In this document: piece after piece, positions 28,160 to 38,789 of the stretch
Position numbering within the stretch: the first letter of the stretch is position 1
Layout of the letters: every line of letters begins with the position of its first letter
The notes under the pieces: generated by a model
What the model saw: only the letters and a program-made list of their open reading frames with translations
Database searches by the model: none
Told to the model about the DNA's origin: nothing
Source: a bacterium HR35
GTDB lineage: Bacteria; Patescibacteriota; Minisyncoccia; UBA6257; HR35
Assembly (NCBI GenBank): GCA_002898235.1
Contig: BEIL01000002.1
Coordinates: 51,264-115,263 of the forward strand
Length of the DNA stretch: 64,000 bases
Direction of reading: 5' to 3'
Position numbers and translations under genes: made by a program

Positions 28160-28765
28160 CTATAGCTGTCGCCCTTTGCTGTTTATTATAATGGTTTGTG
28201 AATTCGAAATACTAATAACTTTATTTGATGTAGTCTTTTGATAGTAAGACAATTCTCTACCATAAGAAGGATTATAATGAGGCAAAATTTCAAAGTCAAT
28301 TAATACAAGACCTTCAAAATCAGTTAAACCAACATCATTGTGGTCAGGATCTATTGAAACTGCAATTTGGATTGTTGGTGCAAGTATAATTGCTCCAATA
28401 CTTCCGCCAATATATATTTCCGCCGCTATCAAGTAATTTTACTATCGTATCTTTAAAATGTGCTTCGCGAGCATACTTTAATAACCTAAACGTATTACCA
28501 CCGCAGACATAAATTAAGTTTTATTTTGAAAAATCTGCATGCGGTTTATTTTCAATATCGATAAAATCGATAGTACTAAAACCAAAGCTCCGAAATTGGG
28601 ACTCAGATAGTTTTGAATATTTGTTATTCTCTTTTCCCTCGGCGGCTGTAGTTACAACAGCAACAGATTTATGTGGTAATAAATTAAAAAATCTTTCTGC
28701 TGCCTGTTGGACTGGTTCGGCTGACAAACCCGTTGAAGTAAGGATAATTATTCCTCGGTTATTCG
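28160..28765 (-). pseudogene. Peptidase S51 (dipeptidase E-like) pseudogene
   Basis: ILTSTGL..., TAA at 28521-28523 followed in frame by NLIYVCGGNTFRLL, then a frameshift before YIGGSIGAI..LPHY. Confidence 0.8.
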
Positions 28766-28839
28766 TTGTAAAAATAATTTATAAGAATTATGATGATATT
28801 AGAAGATCGTTTAATATTAATAATATTTTTGATATTTAT

Positions 28840-30141
28840 TTATGCATAATTTTGTTTTCTAAGTTGAGAAAGATCTCTCTGAAAATTTTTTATAAAATCA
28901 TAAGTGTTATATCTAATAAGATGTTTTTTATAATAAAATGCGATTAGAATGTAGCCTATACATAAAAACAAAAAATTTTTATCCAAGGTAGAGTATGCTA
29001 AAAGATTATGGATCATTTTATGCAAATAAATTTTTTTAACTTGTTTATATATTCTTTTTTTGTCAGGATTCATTAAAGAATAGGCTTTGTTCCAAGAATT
29101 TTTATATTTTATCCTCGTTATTGACCAAGATAATAAAGAGTCTTTTACAGGATGGACTACTAAATTATTTTTGCTTGTACCTATAAACTCACAGCTTTTT
29201 GTCTCTTTAATTTTTAGTATATCTTGAGTACTTAAATTGTTAAAAGAATACGTGTTTAAATAAATTCCTGGTAGAATTAAATTTGGTATTTTTGATGGAA
29301 GGTTCATTAAATTAACTAAAGTTCCACCCCCACCGCCCCGACAATATGGAACTTCATATAGTATTGCCGTTTGTTTATGATAAGGAAAACTAGCAAAACT
29401 ATGGAAGTTAGTAATGTTTGCTCTTCCATCAATACACTCACCGCTTATAAGCTTTTTACCACATTGAAGTTCTAGAATCAAATTATCAAAATGATTGTTA
29501 GTGCTACTATTGTTTATAATTGTACAATCATCATCTATAAGAGCTAAAAATTTTTTTTCTTTATTTTTAAAATGAAGTTTGTTTATGATTGTTAATATGA
29601 CTGATATAAATGTTGAGTAATCATAATTACCCTTGCATTTTATATTTACTAATGTTATGATTTTTTCTTTTTGTTTGAGATTACGTATCTTAGCTCTCCA
29701 AATATTTTCATTATTAATAAATTTTATAATAAGAAAAGAGGTCGTTAAAGTTGAATTACAACAAGCTTTTAATACATTTCTAAAATTATATGAGGAGAGT
29801 TTATTTTTTAAAGAATCAACAAAAACAACAACTACCGAAAATTTGTCGTTGTCAATATGATTAAAGATTTTATTATTAAACAGGATCCTTTTAATAAATA
29901 ATTTTAATTCTGTATCTGCTTTTTCGCTAATATCAAAATTTTTAAATTTATTTAGAAATTTAATAGCTTTATAAAAATTTTTTTCAGCAAAAATCTCATC
30001 TAGTAATAGAAAAACAATATGGTTTATATATCTTTTCAATTCACTTAGTTTTATAAAATTTTTATATAAACAAAAATAATCTTCTAAGAAATCGTTCTTA
30101 GCTTTTTCAAATAGAAATTTCACAAAAGATGTCCTGAACAT
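28840..30141 (-). CDS. Hypothetical protein with probable GT-A (GT2-like) glycosyltransferase domain
   Basis: ALIDDDC DxD motif after a beta strand, CRGGGG, VVHP..SLLSWSITRIKY resembling a GT2 C-terminal helix. Confidence 0.55.
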   Translation of the reverse strand: MFRTSFVKFLFEKAKNDFLEDYFCLYKNFIKLSELKRYINHIVFLLLDEIFAEKNFYKAIKFLNKFKNFDISEKADTELKLFIKRILFNNKIFNHIDNDKFSVVVVFVDSLKNKLSSYNFRNVLKACCNSTLTTSFLIIKFINNENIWRAKIRNLKQKEKIITLVNIKCKGNYDYSTFISVILTIINKLHFKNKEKKFLALIDDDCTIINNSSTNNHFDNLILELQCGKKLISGECIDGRANITNFHSFASFPYHKQTAILYEVPYCRGGGGGTLVNLMNLPSKIPNLILPGIYLNTYSFNNLSTQDILKIKETKSCEFIGTSKNNLVVHPVKDSLLSWSITRIKYKNSWNKAYSLMNPDKKRIYKQVKKIYLHKMIHNLLAYSTLDKNFLFLCIGYILIAFYYKKHLIRYNTYDFIKNFQRDLSQLRKQNYA

Positions 30142-30315
30142 TTGAGCACATTTTAAAATCTATTTATTGGCATAATTTCTTTATTCTTTTTAAAATTATT
30201 TATAATATATAGTATAGTATAAATAGTATAACATATATTATAATGATTATTATTTAAATGTTTATAATTAAAGCTATATAAAAAGCTTCATTAATATCGT
30301 TTTTTATTTCGCAAA

Positions 30316-31089
30316 ATGAATTACATGTGGCCGTATAGTAAAAGCTCCCCGTTCGTAGACATCTTATCGGCTAATAAAACTGCAAGGCAAATTAATTTTA
30401 TTAAAAAGATTATAACCACTTATTTTTATAATAAAAAAATAATAATAATAGATGCAGGCTGTGGTACTGGTAGATTGACTATACCTCTGTGTAGACTATC
30501 GCAAGTTAAAGAAATTATAGGTTTTGATAAAAGTGTAAAAATGTTGGAAATAGCTCAAAAAAAAGCCGCTGAGTGTAAAAGTATGAAAATTAAATTTATA
30601 AAAGGGGATTTAACTAAGCCTTTACTTTTGCCAAAAGCAGATCTAGTAATATGTATGTATACTACTTTTAATTATTTAACAAAAGATAGTGATATTATAA
30701 GCGGTTTAAAAAATATTAAAAATTACCTCAAAGGAACGGGGCTTGCTCTTATAGATTTAAGTAACTTATTCTATTATTCTTTCATATCGCAACCTAATAA
30801 GCCGATTATAAAAATATATAAACGCGGTTCTTTGCTTATCAAGGAAGTAATAACTGTAGAATACCAAATATCTAAAAATATATGGTTACACAAAATGAAA
30901 TTGATGGTTAAAAATAAATCTAATCAAAAATATACCGTTATTAAAGAACTTCATAAATTGAGATATATTTCTATTACAGAAATGAAATACTTTGCTAAAG
31001 AAGCTGGTTTAAATATAGAAAAGATTTTTTTTGATTATAATTTTAAAAATTTAAATGGCCATCGATTAATTTTTTTATTAAAAAAATGA
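30316..31089 (+). CDS. Class I SAM-dependent methyltransferase
   Basis: IDAGCGTGR, GFDKSVKML, GDL, DLVICMYTTFNYL. Confidence 0.92.
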   Translation: MNYMWPYSKSSPFVDILSANKTARQINFIKKIITTYFYNKKIIIIDAGCGTGRLTIPLCRLSQVKEIIGFDKSVKMLEIAQKKAAECKSMKIKFIKGDLTKPLLLPKADLVICMYTTFNYLTKDSDIISGLKNIKNYLKGTGLALIDLSNLFYYSFISQPNKPIIKIYKRGSLLIKEVITVEYQISKNIWLHKMKLMVKNKSNQKYTVIKELHKLRYISITEMKYFAKEAGLNIEKIFFDYNFKNLNGHRLIFLLKK

Positions 31090-32078
31090 GAGATATCCAC
31101 ATATCTATTATAATACCCACCTTTAACTCAGCTACGTATATCAAAAGAGGTTTTTTTGATAAATATATAAAAAATTGTAAAAAGCTAATAAGAAATAGAT
31201 ATCGAGTATCATTTATAGTATTTGATAATGCCTCTGGTGACAATACTAGAGATTTAATAGTTTCTAAGTATCCGAATATAGATTTAATATATTCATTTTA
31301 TAATCTGGGATACGCTAAAGCTGTTAATTATGCTATCCAGTACTCGTTTCATAAATATAATAGTGACTTTTTTATAGTAAGCGATCATGATGCTTATCCC
31401 GGTAATGGTTGTTTTTATAAAATAATAAAATTCATGGAAAATGATCCTAAAGCAGCATTCGTACAGCCTTTAGTTAAACAATTACCTAATAAAAAGAAAA
31501 TTTATTCAGCTGGGCATACTTACTTGTCCAATGGGAATTGTGTAACCATCAAAAATTACAATAAATCTTTAGAATTTGTAGAAATACTGAGCGGTTCAAT
31601 TTTATGTACCGGAATTAAAGCTAAAGCTCTTTTAAAAACTGGTTTATTGGATGAAAGGTTTTATATTTATTTTGAAAGCAATGATATATGTTTTAGATTC
31701 AGAAAGGCTGGATTTAAAAATTATTGTTTATTAAAAGCCACGGCATATCACGAAAGAGATTTAGATAGAAATACGCTTATTCAAAAATTTTTTATTAAAA
31801 GGAATAAATTATTATTTTGGTATAAACACGATAAGAAAAAATTTAAAAAATTTCTCGATTTAGCAAAGAGGGAATTTAAAGAATTTGAAAAATATTTCAA
31901 CAAAGTTGATTATATTACTACTCAAGATGAGGTAAACCTGGTTAAATATCTAGCGCTTAAAGAATCACTTTGCTATCTATCAGAGTTAAAACATAGTAAA
32001 TATAAAGAGCCTTCGTTAAAAGATTTTGCAAAGTTTAATCAAATTGTGTATAATGATAAAAAAGTATTTATAAGTTAA
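31086..32078 (+). CDS. Glycosyltransferase family 2
   Basis: SIIIPTFN, DNASGD, NLGYAKAVN, DHD, LDERFYIYFE; ATGA-coupled to the methyltransferase. Confidence 0.92.
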   Translation: MRDIHISIIIPTFNSATYIKRGFFDKYIKNCKKLIRNRYRVSFIVFDNASGDNTRDLIVSKYPNIDLIYSFYNLGYAKAVNYAIQYSFHKYNSDFFIVSDHDAYPGNGCFYKIIKFMENDPKAAFVQPLVKQLPNKKKIYSAGHTYLSNGNCVTIKNYNKSLEFVEILSGSILCTGIKAKALLKTGLLDERFYIYFESNDICFRFRKAGFKNYCLLKATAYHERDLDRNTLIQKFFIKRNKLLFWYKHDKKKFKKFLDLAKREFKEFEKYFNKVDYITTQDEVNLVKYLALKESLCYLSELKHSKYKEPSLKDFAKFNQIVYNDKKVFIS

Positions 32079-32113
32079 AAACAAAAATTAGTTTTTATAT
32101 TAAAATTTAAAAA

Positions 32114-35085
32114 ATGGAATCATTAATTAACAATATAGAACAAAAAATCCTAGAATTTTGGAAAAAAGAAAATATATTTAAGAAATCATTAGCGCAAAAT
32201 AGAAAAGGAAATTTTTTTAGCTTTTTTGATGGCCCTCCCTTTGCCACTGGTTTGCCTCACTACGGTCACATTTTAGCATCTACGCTTAAAGATTTGTATT
32301 GCAGATATGCTTCTATGAAAGGTTATTATGTACCAAGAAGATGGGGGTGGGACTGTCACGGACTACCAATTGAAAACTTAGTAGAGCAAGAAATGGAGGT
32401 TAAAACCAAAAAAGATATCGAGAAAATTGGGATAGAAAAATTTAACGCTATTTGTAAATCTAAGGTTTTAAAATTTGCTAGTGAATGGGAAGATATGGTA
32501 GATAGAATAGGGAGATGGATAGAATTTAAAAATGCTTATAAAACTATGGATACTTCTTATATGGAGTCTGTTTGGTGGGCATTTAAGCAATTTTGGAATA
32601 AGGGATTAATTTATGAAGGAATAAAACCTCTTTTATACTGTCCTAGGTGCCAAACTCCGGTTTCTAAATTTGAAATTATAATGGACAAAAATTATAAAGA
32701 AATAGAAGTAGATTCCATCGTTGTCAAATTCCCGCTTGTTAAAGAAAAAACTCAATTACTAAAAAAGCAAAATTTATCAAAACCGGTTTATCTTTTAGTA
32801 TGGACTACCACTCCTTGGACTTTACCGAGTAATGTGGCTATAGGAATAAGGAAAGATTTGGATTATTTATTGGTAGAAAATGATGAGGGTTTTTTTATAA
32901 TTCATAAACAAGCTTTAAAATTATTTGATAGACGTCCGAGATTAATAAAAGTTATAAAAGGTAAGGAATTAATAGGGAGTAAATATCTATTATTGTTTTC
33001 TAGAAAAGATCATGAAACGGGATTGATTATAGAAGATCCTTACATTACAGAAGAGGGAACTGGGTTAGTTCATTTAGCCCCCGCGTATGGAGAAGAAGAT
33101 TTTCATCTATGCAGAAAACACAGATTACCTATAATCACCACATTGAATGAAGGGGGTATTTTTGAATTTAATTGTCCAGATTTTCTAAAAGGAGCATATT
33201 TTGAAAAGGCGAATGAAATTATTATTAATTTTCTTTCTTCTAATAATATGCTCTTTAAAGTAATAAAATTTAAACACAGATATCCTTTTTGTTGGAGATG
33301 TGGAACAGCTTTATACTATAATGCAGTTACTTCTTGGTTTATAGATATTAAAAAAATAAAAAAAATGCTAGTGGAGCTTAATAAAACAATAGATTGGCAC
33401 CCAGCCCATCTTAAATATGGTAGATTTCTTAAGGGTTTGCAAAGTGCGCCTGATTGGAATATTTCCCGATGGAGATTCTGGGCTACACCGATCCCTTTAT
33501 GGAGATGTCAAAATATTAATTGTAGAAATATAGTCTGTATCGGAAGTATAAAAGAACTTCGTAATAAAGCAATTAATTTTGATAAAGTCTATCCTGATTA
33601 TCATAAGAATATAATCGATTTACATAGGCCTTATATAGATATGGTTTTATTGAGATGCGAAAAATGTAAAGATATTATGGTAAGAGTAAAAGATGTTCTT
33701 GATTGTTGGTTTGAATCAGCTAGTATGCCGTTTGCTGAAATTCATTATCCATTTGAGAATAAAAAATTTTTTGAAAAGAGATATCCGGCCGATTTCGTAG
33801 CTGAATATATAGCCCAAACAAGGGCGTGGTTTTATGTTATGCTTGTAGTAAACGGTGTTTTATTTCATCAAGCTCCGTTTAAACATGTATTAACGACAGG
33901 CACTGTACTTAACGAAAAAGGAGAAAAGCTTTCCAAATCTAGAAAGAATTTTCCAGACCCATGGCATATTATTCACAAATACGGAGCAGATGCTCTAAGG
34001 TTCTATCTTTTATCGTCTCCTGTAATTGAAGCTAGAGATTTGTTTTTTTCAGAAGAAGGAGTAAAAAATGTTTATAGAAAAATAGTTAATATTCTCTTGA
34101 ATCTAGTAGCTCTATACAAATTTTATGAAATGGGCGCTTTGGCTAAAAAATTAAATATAGAAAAATTTAACTTTAAAACTGGTATTAAAGATACTCTTCA
34201 TAAATGGATTTTATCTTATATTTACTATAAAAAGAATCTAATTAAAGATGCTCTTGATAATTATGAAACTAAAAAGGCTTGTAAAGAGATAGAAAATTGT
34301 ATTAATATGATTTCTCTATGGTATGTTAAGTTTATAAAGGATTTAATTAAAATTAAAGATCAAGAGAGTATTGTGGTATACAGTTGGATTCTTTATCAGT
34401 TATCTAAAATAATAGCTCCGTTTATGCCATTTATGGGGGAATATTTATATCAATCATTGAATTTTGTGACAAAAAAATCTGTTCACTTAGAAAAATTGGA
34501 AGATATTAATTATTTAGTAAATAAAAAACTTATTGACGATATGGAGAAGGTAAAAAAAATAATACAATTAGGCTTATCAGCAAAAAAACCAGTGGTATAA
34601 AATTAAAATATCCTGTAAGCCAAATTATAATCAATATTAAATTAAAGCCTAGCTTAATTTCTTTAATTAAAAAAATATTAAATGTTGAGAAGGTTATAGT
34701 AGATCCAAATGCTGAATACGAAAATTACAAAGAAGATTATATAAAAGCAGAAGATGGTAATGTTAAAATTTTTATTAAAAAAACCGCTGATTTTAATTTA
34801 ATTATAAAAGGAATTTTAAGAGAATTTACAAGATATATAAATTCAATTAGAAAAAAACTACAACTTACGCCAAAAGACAAAATAATTACAGAAATTTTTA
34901 TTTATGATGAGACGTTATTTAAAAATTTAACTGAAACTAGTTTAAGTGAACTAAAGACTAATACATATTCTGAAGACCTTAAAATAACAAAAATTGAAAA
35001 AGAAATATATGAACCGAATGTTTTAGAGTTTAAAGTAGGCCCCAATAAAGAATTTAAAGTTAAAATTAAAATCACTAAAATATGA
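32114..35085 (+). CDS. ileS: Type-2 isoleucyl-tRNA synthetase (island copy), frameshifted near the C-terminus
   Basis: GPPFATGLPHYGH, GWDCHGLP, WTTTPWTLP, GTGLVHLAPAYGEED, DWNISR, KLSKS; ORF stops at 34600 but the -1 frame from A run 34582-34588 continues (SGIKLKYP..GILREFTRYINSIRKKLQL) to TGA 35085. Confidence 0.93.
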
Positions 35086-36196
35086 AGTACAAAATACCTA
35101 TTTTGAGACCTTTTATGCCTAAAGGCATTATAAATAAACTAAGAAAGGTTTTATACTCAGGATGGATAGGCGAAGGTCCTGTAGTTAAACAATTTGAACA
35201 AGCTTTGAAAGATTACCTAGGAAATAGATACATTGTTTCTGTTAATAGCGGAACTAGTGCTCTTTGGATAGCTTATCATTTAGCTGGGATTAAAAAGGGT
35301 GATGTTGTAATAACAACCCCCCTAACTTGTAGTGCTACAAATATACCCTTGTTACATTTGGGAGCTAAAATAGTCTGGGCAGATATAGACATCAATACCG
35401 GTAATATAGACCCTCTTGATGTTGAAAATAAAGTTAAAAAGATAAAAAAAGTAAAAGCTATTGTAATTGTAGATTATGGTGGTATGCCGTGTGATATGGA
35501 TCGATTAATATTTATTTCAAAAAAATATAAAATACCTATAATAGAAGATGCTGCTCAGGCATTGGGAGCAGAATATAAAGGCATTAAGATAGGAAATCAT
35601 AATGATTATGTTTGTTTTAGCTTTCAAGCTGTTAAAACTATTACTACTGTAGACGGAGGCGCTCTATGTCTTAAAAATAGAAAAGATTATGAAAGAGCAA
35701 AAAACTTAGGTGGTTTGGTATTGATAGAGATAAAAAATATTCGAAGAAAAAACCCTGGCAATACAATATAACAGAAGCGGGATATAAAATGCATTTAAAT
35801 GATGTTTTAGCTACAATAGGCTTAGAACAATTAAAGTATGTAGATTTATTAGTAAATAAACAACGGCGTGGGGCTGAATATTACTATAAAAACCTACAAA
35901 ATATGAAAGAAATTAGAGTTTTGAAAGAACCCGATGGCTGTAAGTCTTCTTATTGGTTATTTACTGTGTTAGTCGAGCGGAGAGAAAAATTTATTAATAC
36001 ATTAAATGCGTATGGAATAGAATGTAGTCCAGTTCATCAAAGAAATGATAAACTCTCTATATTTGGCAAACTTGATAAATCATTAAAAAATACTGATATT
36101 TTTAACAAAAAAGCAGTATGTTTACCTAATGGCTATTGGGTTAGCCAAAAAGATAGAAGATTTATAGTGGACACTATTAAAAGAAATTTTGCTTAG
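35082..36196 (+). CDS. DegT/DnrJ/EryC1/StrS PLP aminotransferase, split by a frameshift
   Basis: NSGTSAL, IEDAAQA, SFQAVK (PLP Lys); adding one A at 35699-35704 restores KKLRWFGIDR..GYKMHLND and joins both ORFs. Confidence 0.92.
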
Positions 36197-36231
36197 GGGT
36201 TAGTATAAAAAATAGGCCTTTTAGTTAAAAT

Positions 36232-37317
36232 CTAAAAATCAATTCTCCGTTTCATCTTTTCTAACAAGATTTTTCTAATATCTAGGAAGGTTTTTCTGAA
36301 ACATATTGAATGACATACATTAAATTCTTGTCTCTTTAGCACATTATCTATAATTCGGTTAAAAATAAAACTTATTTGTAAAGGATTTATATAAAAAGCA
36401 TTTTTATTTCCAGCCTTTAAAATTCTTAAATAAAATTCACTAAAAATTCTATGGAGTACCATAAGGTTAGTTAATTTTAAAAAATATTTTGCTAAGCTAG
36501 TGTCTATTGTTTTATAAATAATTTTATCTATTATTTCAAAAATTTTTTGGCATTCATTCATGCTGTACTCTAACGCACGACGTTTAAGAATACTATAATC
36601 TATGGCTTGAGAGGATATGCACGATCTTTTCCAATCAGTAATAATAAATTTACTGCCATTTTTTATTACGTGTTCATCCTTTAAGTTGCCGTTAATTAAA
36701 CAAAGTGTTTTATTGAAAACATCTTTAGAATCTAAATAACTATACTCGTAATGATCCCAAAAGCAACTATTCCCTATAAGAAGTTTTCTGTATTTATTTA
36801 TTATTGATTTTACGGAGCTATATGTCTCTTTAGATCCTTTATAAAAATAAATTTTCCAATCTCTAAAAGGGAATATTTTTAAAAAGATTTTATTTTTATG
36901 ATTATTTTCATAAATTGTTTTTAGAGTTAACAGTATACTTTTTAGTAGTGCCGAATTATATAAAAATTGTGGTTGTTCAAAATCGGTATTTTGGTAATAT
37001 CTGCTCAAAAAAATACTTCCGTATCTTGTTTTAAATATTCCCAAATTTTGTGGCACTTTTATCCTGGTATTTTTTAATTTTATTAGTGAGTTGTGTAGAA
37101 ATTCTGTTTTTAACCTCTCTTCATTTAAAATTATATTAATTTCTTCATCGTAACCTATTTTGGCTAAATAAAAACCCTTGCCTTTTTTCAAAATAAAACA
37201 ATCATAGTGTTTAATGAAACCTGCGCGATAATAATTAGCAAATTGAATACATTTTTTTACTTTAAATCCCTTACTCTGTAAAATTTTGATTATTTTATAC
37301 CTTTTTTTATTAAACAT
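36232..37317 (-). CDS. APH/choline-kinase-like phosphotransferase-fold protein
   Basis: YLAKIG, IKVPQ, INGNLKDEHVI (HGDLxxxN-like) and IITDWKRS (metal-binding D). Confidence 0.6.
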   Translation of the reverse strand: MFNKKRYKIIKILQSKGFKVKKCIQFANYYRAGFIKHYDCFILKKGKGFYLAKIGYDEEINIILNEERLKTEFLHNSLIKLKNTRIKVPQNLGIFKTRYGSIFLSRYYQNTDFEQPQFLYNSALLKSILLTLKTIYENNHKNKIFLKIFPFRDWKIYFYKGSKETYSSVKSIINKYRKLLIGNSCFWDHYEYSYLDSKDVFNKTLCLINGNLKDEHVIKNGSKFIITDWKRSCISSQAIDYSILKRRALEYSMNECQKIFEIIDKIIYKTIDTSLAKYFLKLTNLMVLHRIFSEFYLRILKAGNKNAFYINPLQISFIFNRIIDNVLKRQEFNVCHSICFRKTFLDIRKILLEKMKRRIDF

Positions 37318-37377
37318 TCTTTAATTTTTATTATAAATTAACATTGTTTATTGTAAATTAACATTGTATAGTCTATC

Positions 37378-37993
37378 TTATATGAATAAAGGCTTTATCT
37401 TTTCAAAAATTTTTTGATGTCCTTTTTCATTAGGATGAATTCCATCCTCAGAGAGTAAATCTAAATAATCAATTTTTAGCCACTCCTCAATTACGCTAAA
37501 TAAAAATGTATTTCGTTTCTTACATTCCTCGCTAATAATTTCTTCATATTCCTTAATTCTTTCATTTAGGAAATAAAAATCATCTATAGACATTGTTTTT
37601 TGTTCATTAACTGGGGTTAAGCCAACAAAGATAATATGATCAGTATATTTTTTTGCCTTTTCAATAAGTAAATTTATGTTATTTTTAAAAACTTCTTTGC
37701 TTGTAATAGGATTATCTTTGGATTTTTATACCTTTTGTGTCATTTAAGCCTATAGCAAAAATAATTGAAGAATGATCATTAGGATAAATTTTCCTACACC
37801 TCGCTTTAGCCTCAACTTGAAATCTTTCAAGTACATCGTTGATTGTGTTTCCAGGAATACTTAAATTATGAATTAAAGTAAAGTCTTTATCTTTTTCATC
37901 AAAAAACTGGGCTAAAAGAAAAGGCCAGGATTTTGCTTTATTTACTCTTCTTCCTGCTGCAATACTATCATCAAATATTAATATGTTATACAT
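37378..37993 (-). pseudogene. GDSL/SGNH hydrolase pseudogene
   Basis: IFDDSI (GDS mutated), IGLNDT, DGIHPN; one extra A near 37725 separates the two ORFs. Confidence 0.85.
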
Positions 37994-38195
37994 TGGTAAT
38001 TTTCAAATAAATTTAATTTTTCCTTACGATTATTTAATATAATTCTAACTTAAAAATTAAAAAGTTTAAAATATTAAAGTACAACATAAATTATCTTTTA
38101 GAAAATTAAAATCAGAAAAAATTTAAAAAATTAAGATATAATTAAATAATGAGAAATTGATCAGTTGATTTAAAGGGGATGAGATCAAATTAAAC

Positions 38196-38726
38196 ATGAA
38201 AATTGTTTTGCTTGGTGGCAATAGTTCTAAAAATATTTTTTGGCTTGAGTCTATAGAAGCTGAACTTAAAAAGAAATATAATGATGTTTTTATTCATTAT
38301 TATTCTCATTGGAATACAAATTCTCCAACTATTGATCTTGATAAAGAAATAGAAAGTCTTAGAAAAGAGTTAGAAAATATAAAACAGTATGTAATTATAG
38401 CTAAATCAGCTGGAGTTCTTTTAGCCTTAAAGGGAGTTTCTGAACAAAAACTTTTTCCTGCAGTATGTGTTTTTATCGGGATTTCGGTAATGTGGGCTCG
38501 GGAAAATAATTTTAATATCAATCAATGGCTGAAAAGTTTTTTTATACCAACATTTTTTATTCAAGAGGTAAATGATCCAGCTATATCATCAAATGAACTT
38601 GAAGATTTATTAAAAGAATTGGAAGTTCAGAATTATAAAATTCAAACAATCCCCGGGGATAAACATGAATATTCACAATACCAAGAATTGGGTAAAATAA
38701 TAATCTCCTTTTTAGAAAACCTATAG
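38196..38726 (+). CDS. Small alpha/beta hydrolase-fold protein
   Basis: LGGNS, AKSAG elbow, NDP and KHEY candidate Asp/His. Confidence 0.75.
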   Translation: MKIVLLGGNSSKNIFWLESIEAELKKKYNDVFIHYYSHWNTNSPTIDLDKEIESLRKELENIKQYVIIAKSAGVLLALKGVSEQKLFPAVCVFIGISVMWARENNFNINQWLKSFFIPTFFIQEVNDPAISSNELEDLLKELEVQNYKIQTIPGDKHEYSQYQELGKIIISFLENL

Positions 38727-38789
38727 GAAAACCTCGTTGGTTTTTATTTTTGGTGAAAAATTTTTGATTATTGATTAAAATAATTTATT

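Noticed and set aside
30316-36196. Island as an ordinary O-antigen/capsule locus
   Set aside because: Not fully excluded, but there is no nucleotidyltransferase, epimerase/dehydratase, flippase or polymerase, and an embedded IleRS is not part of such loci
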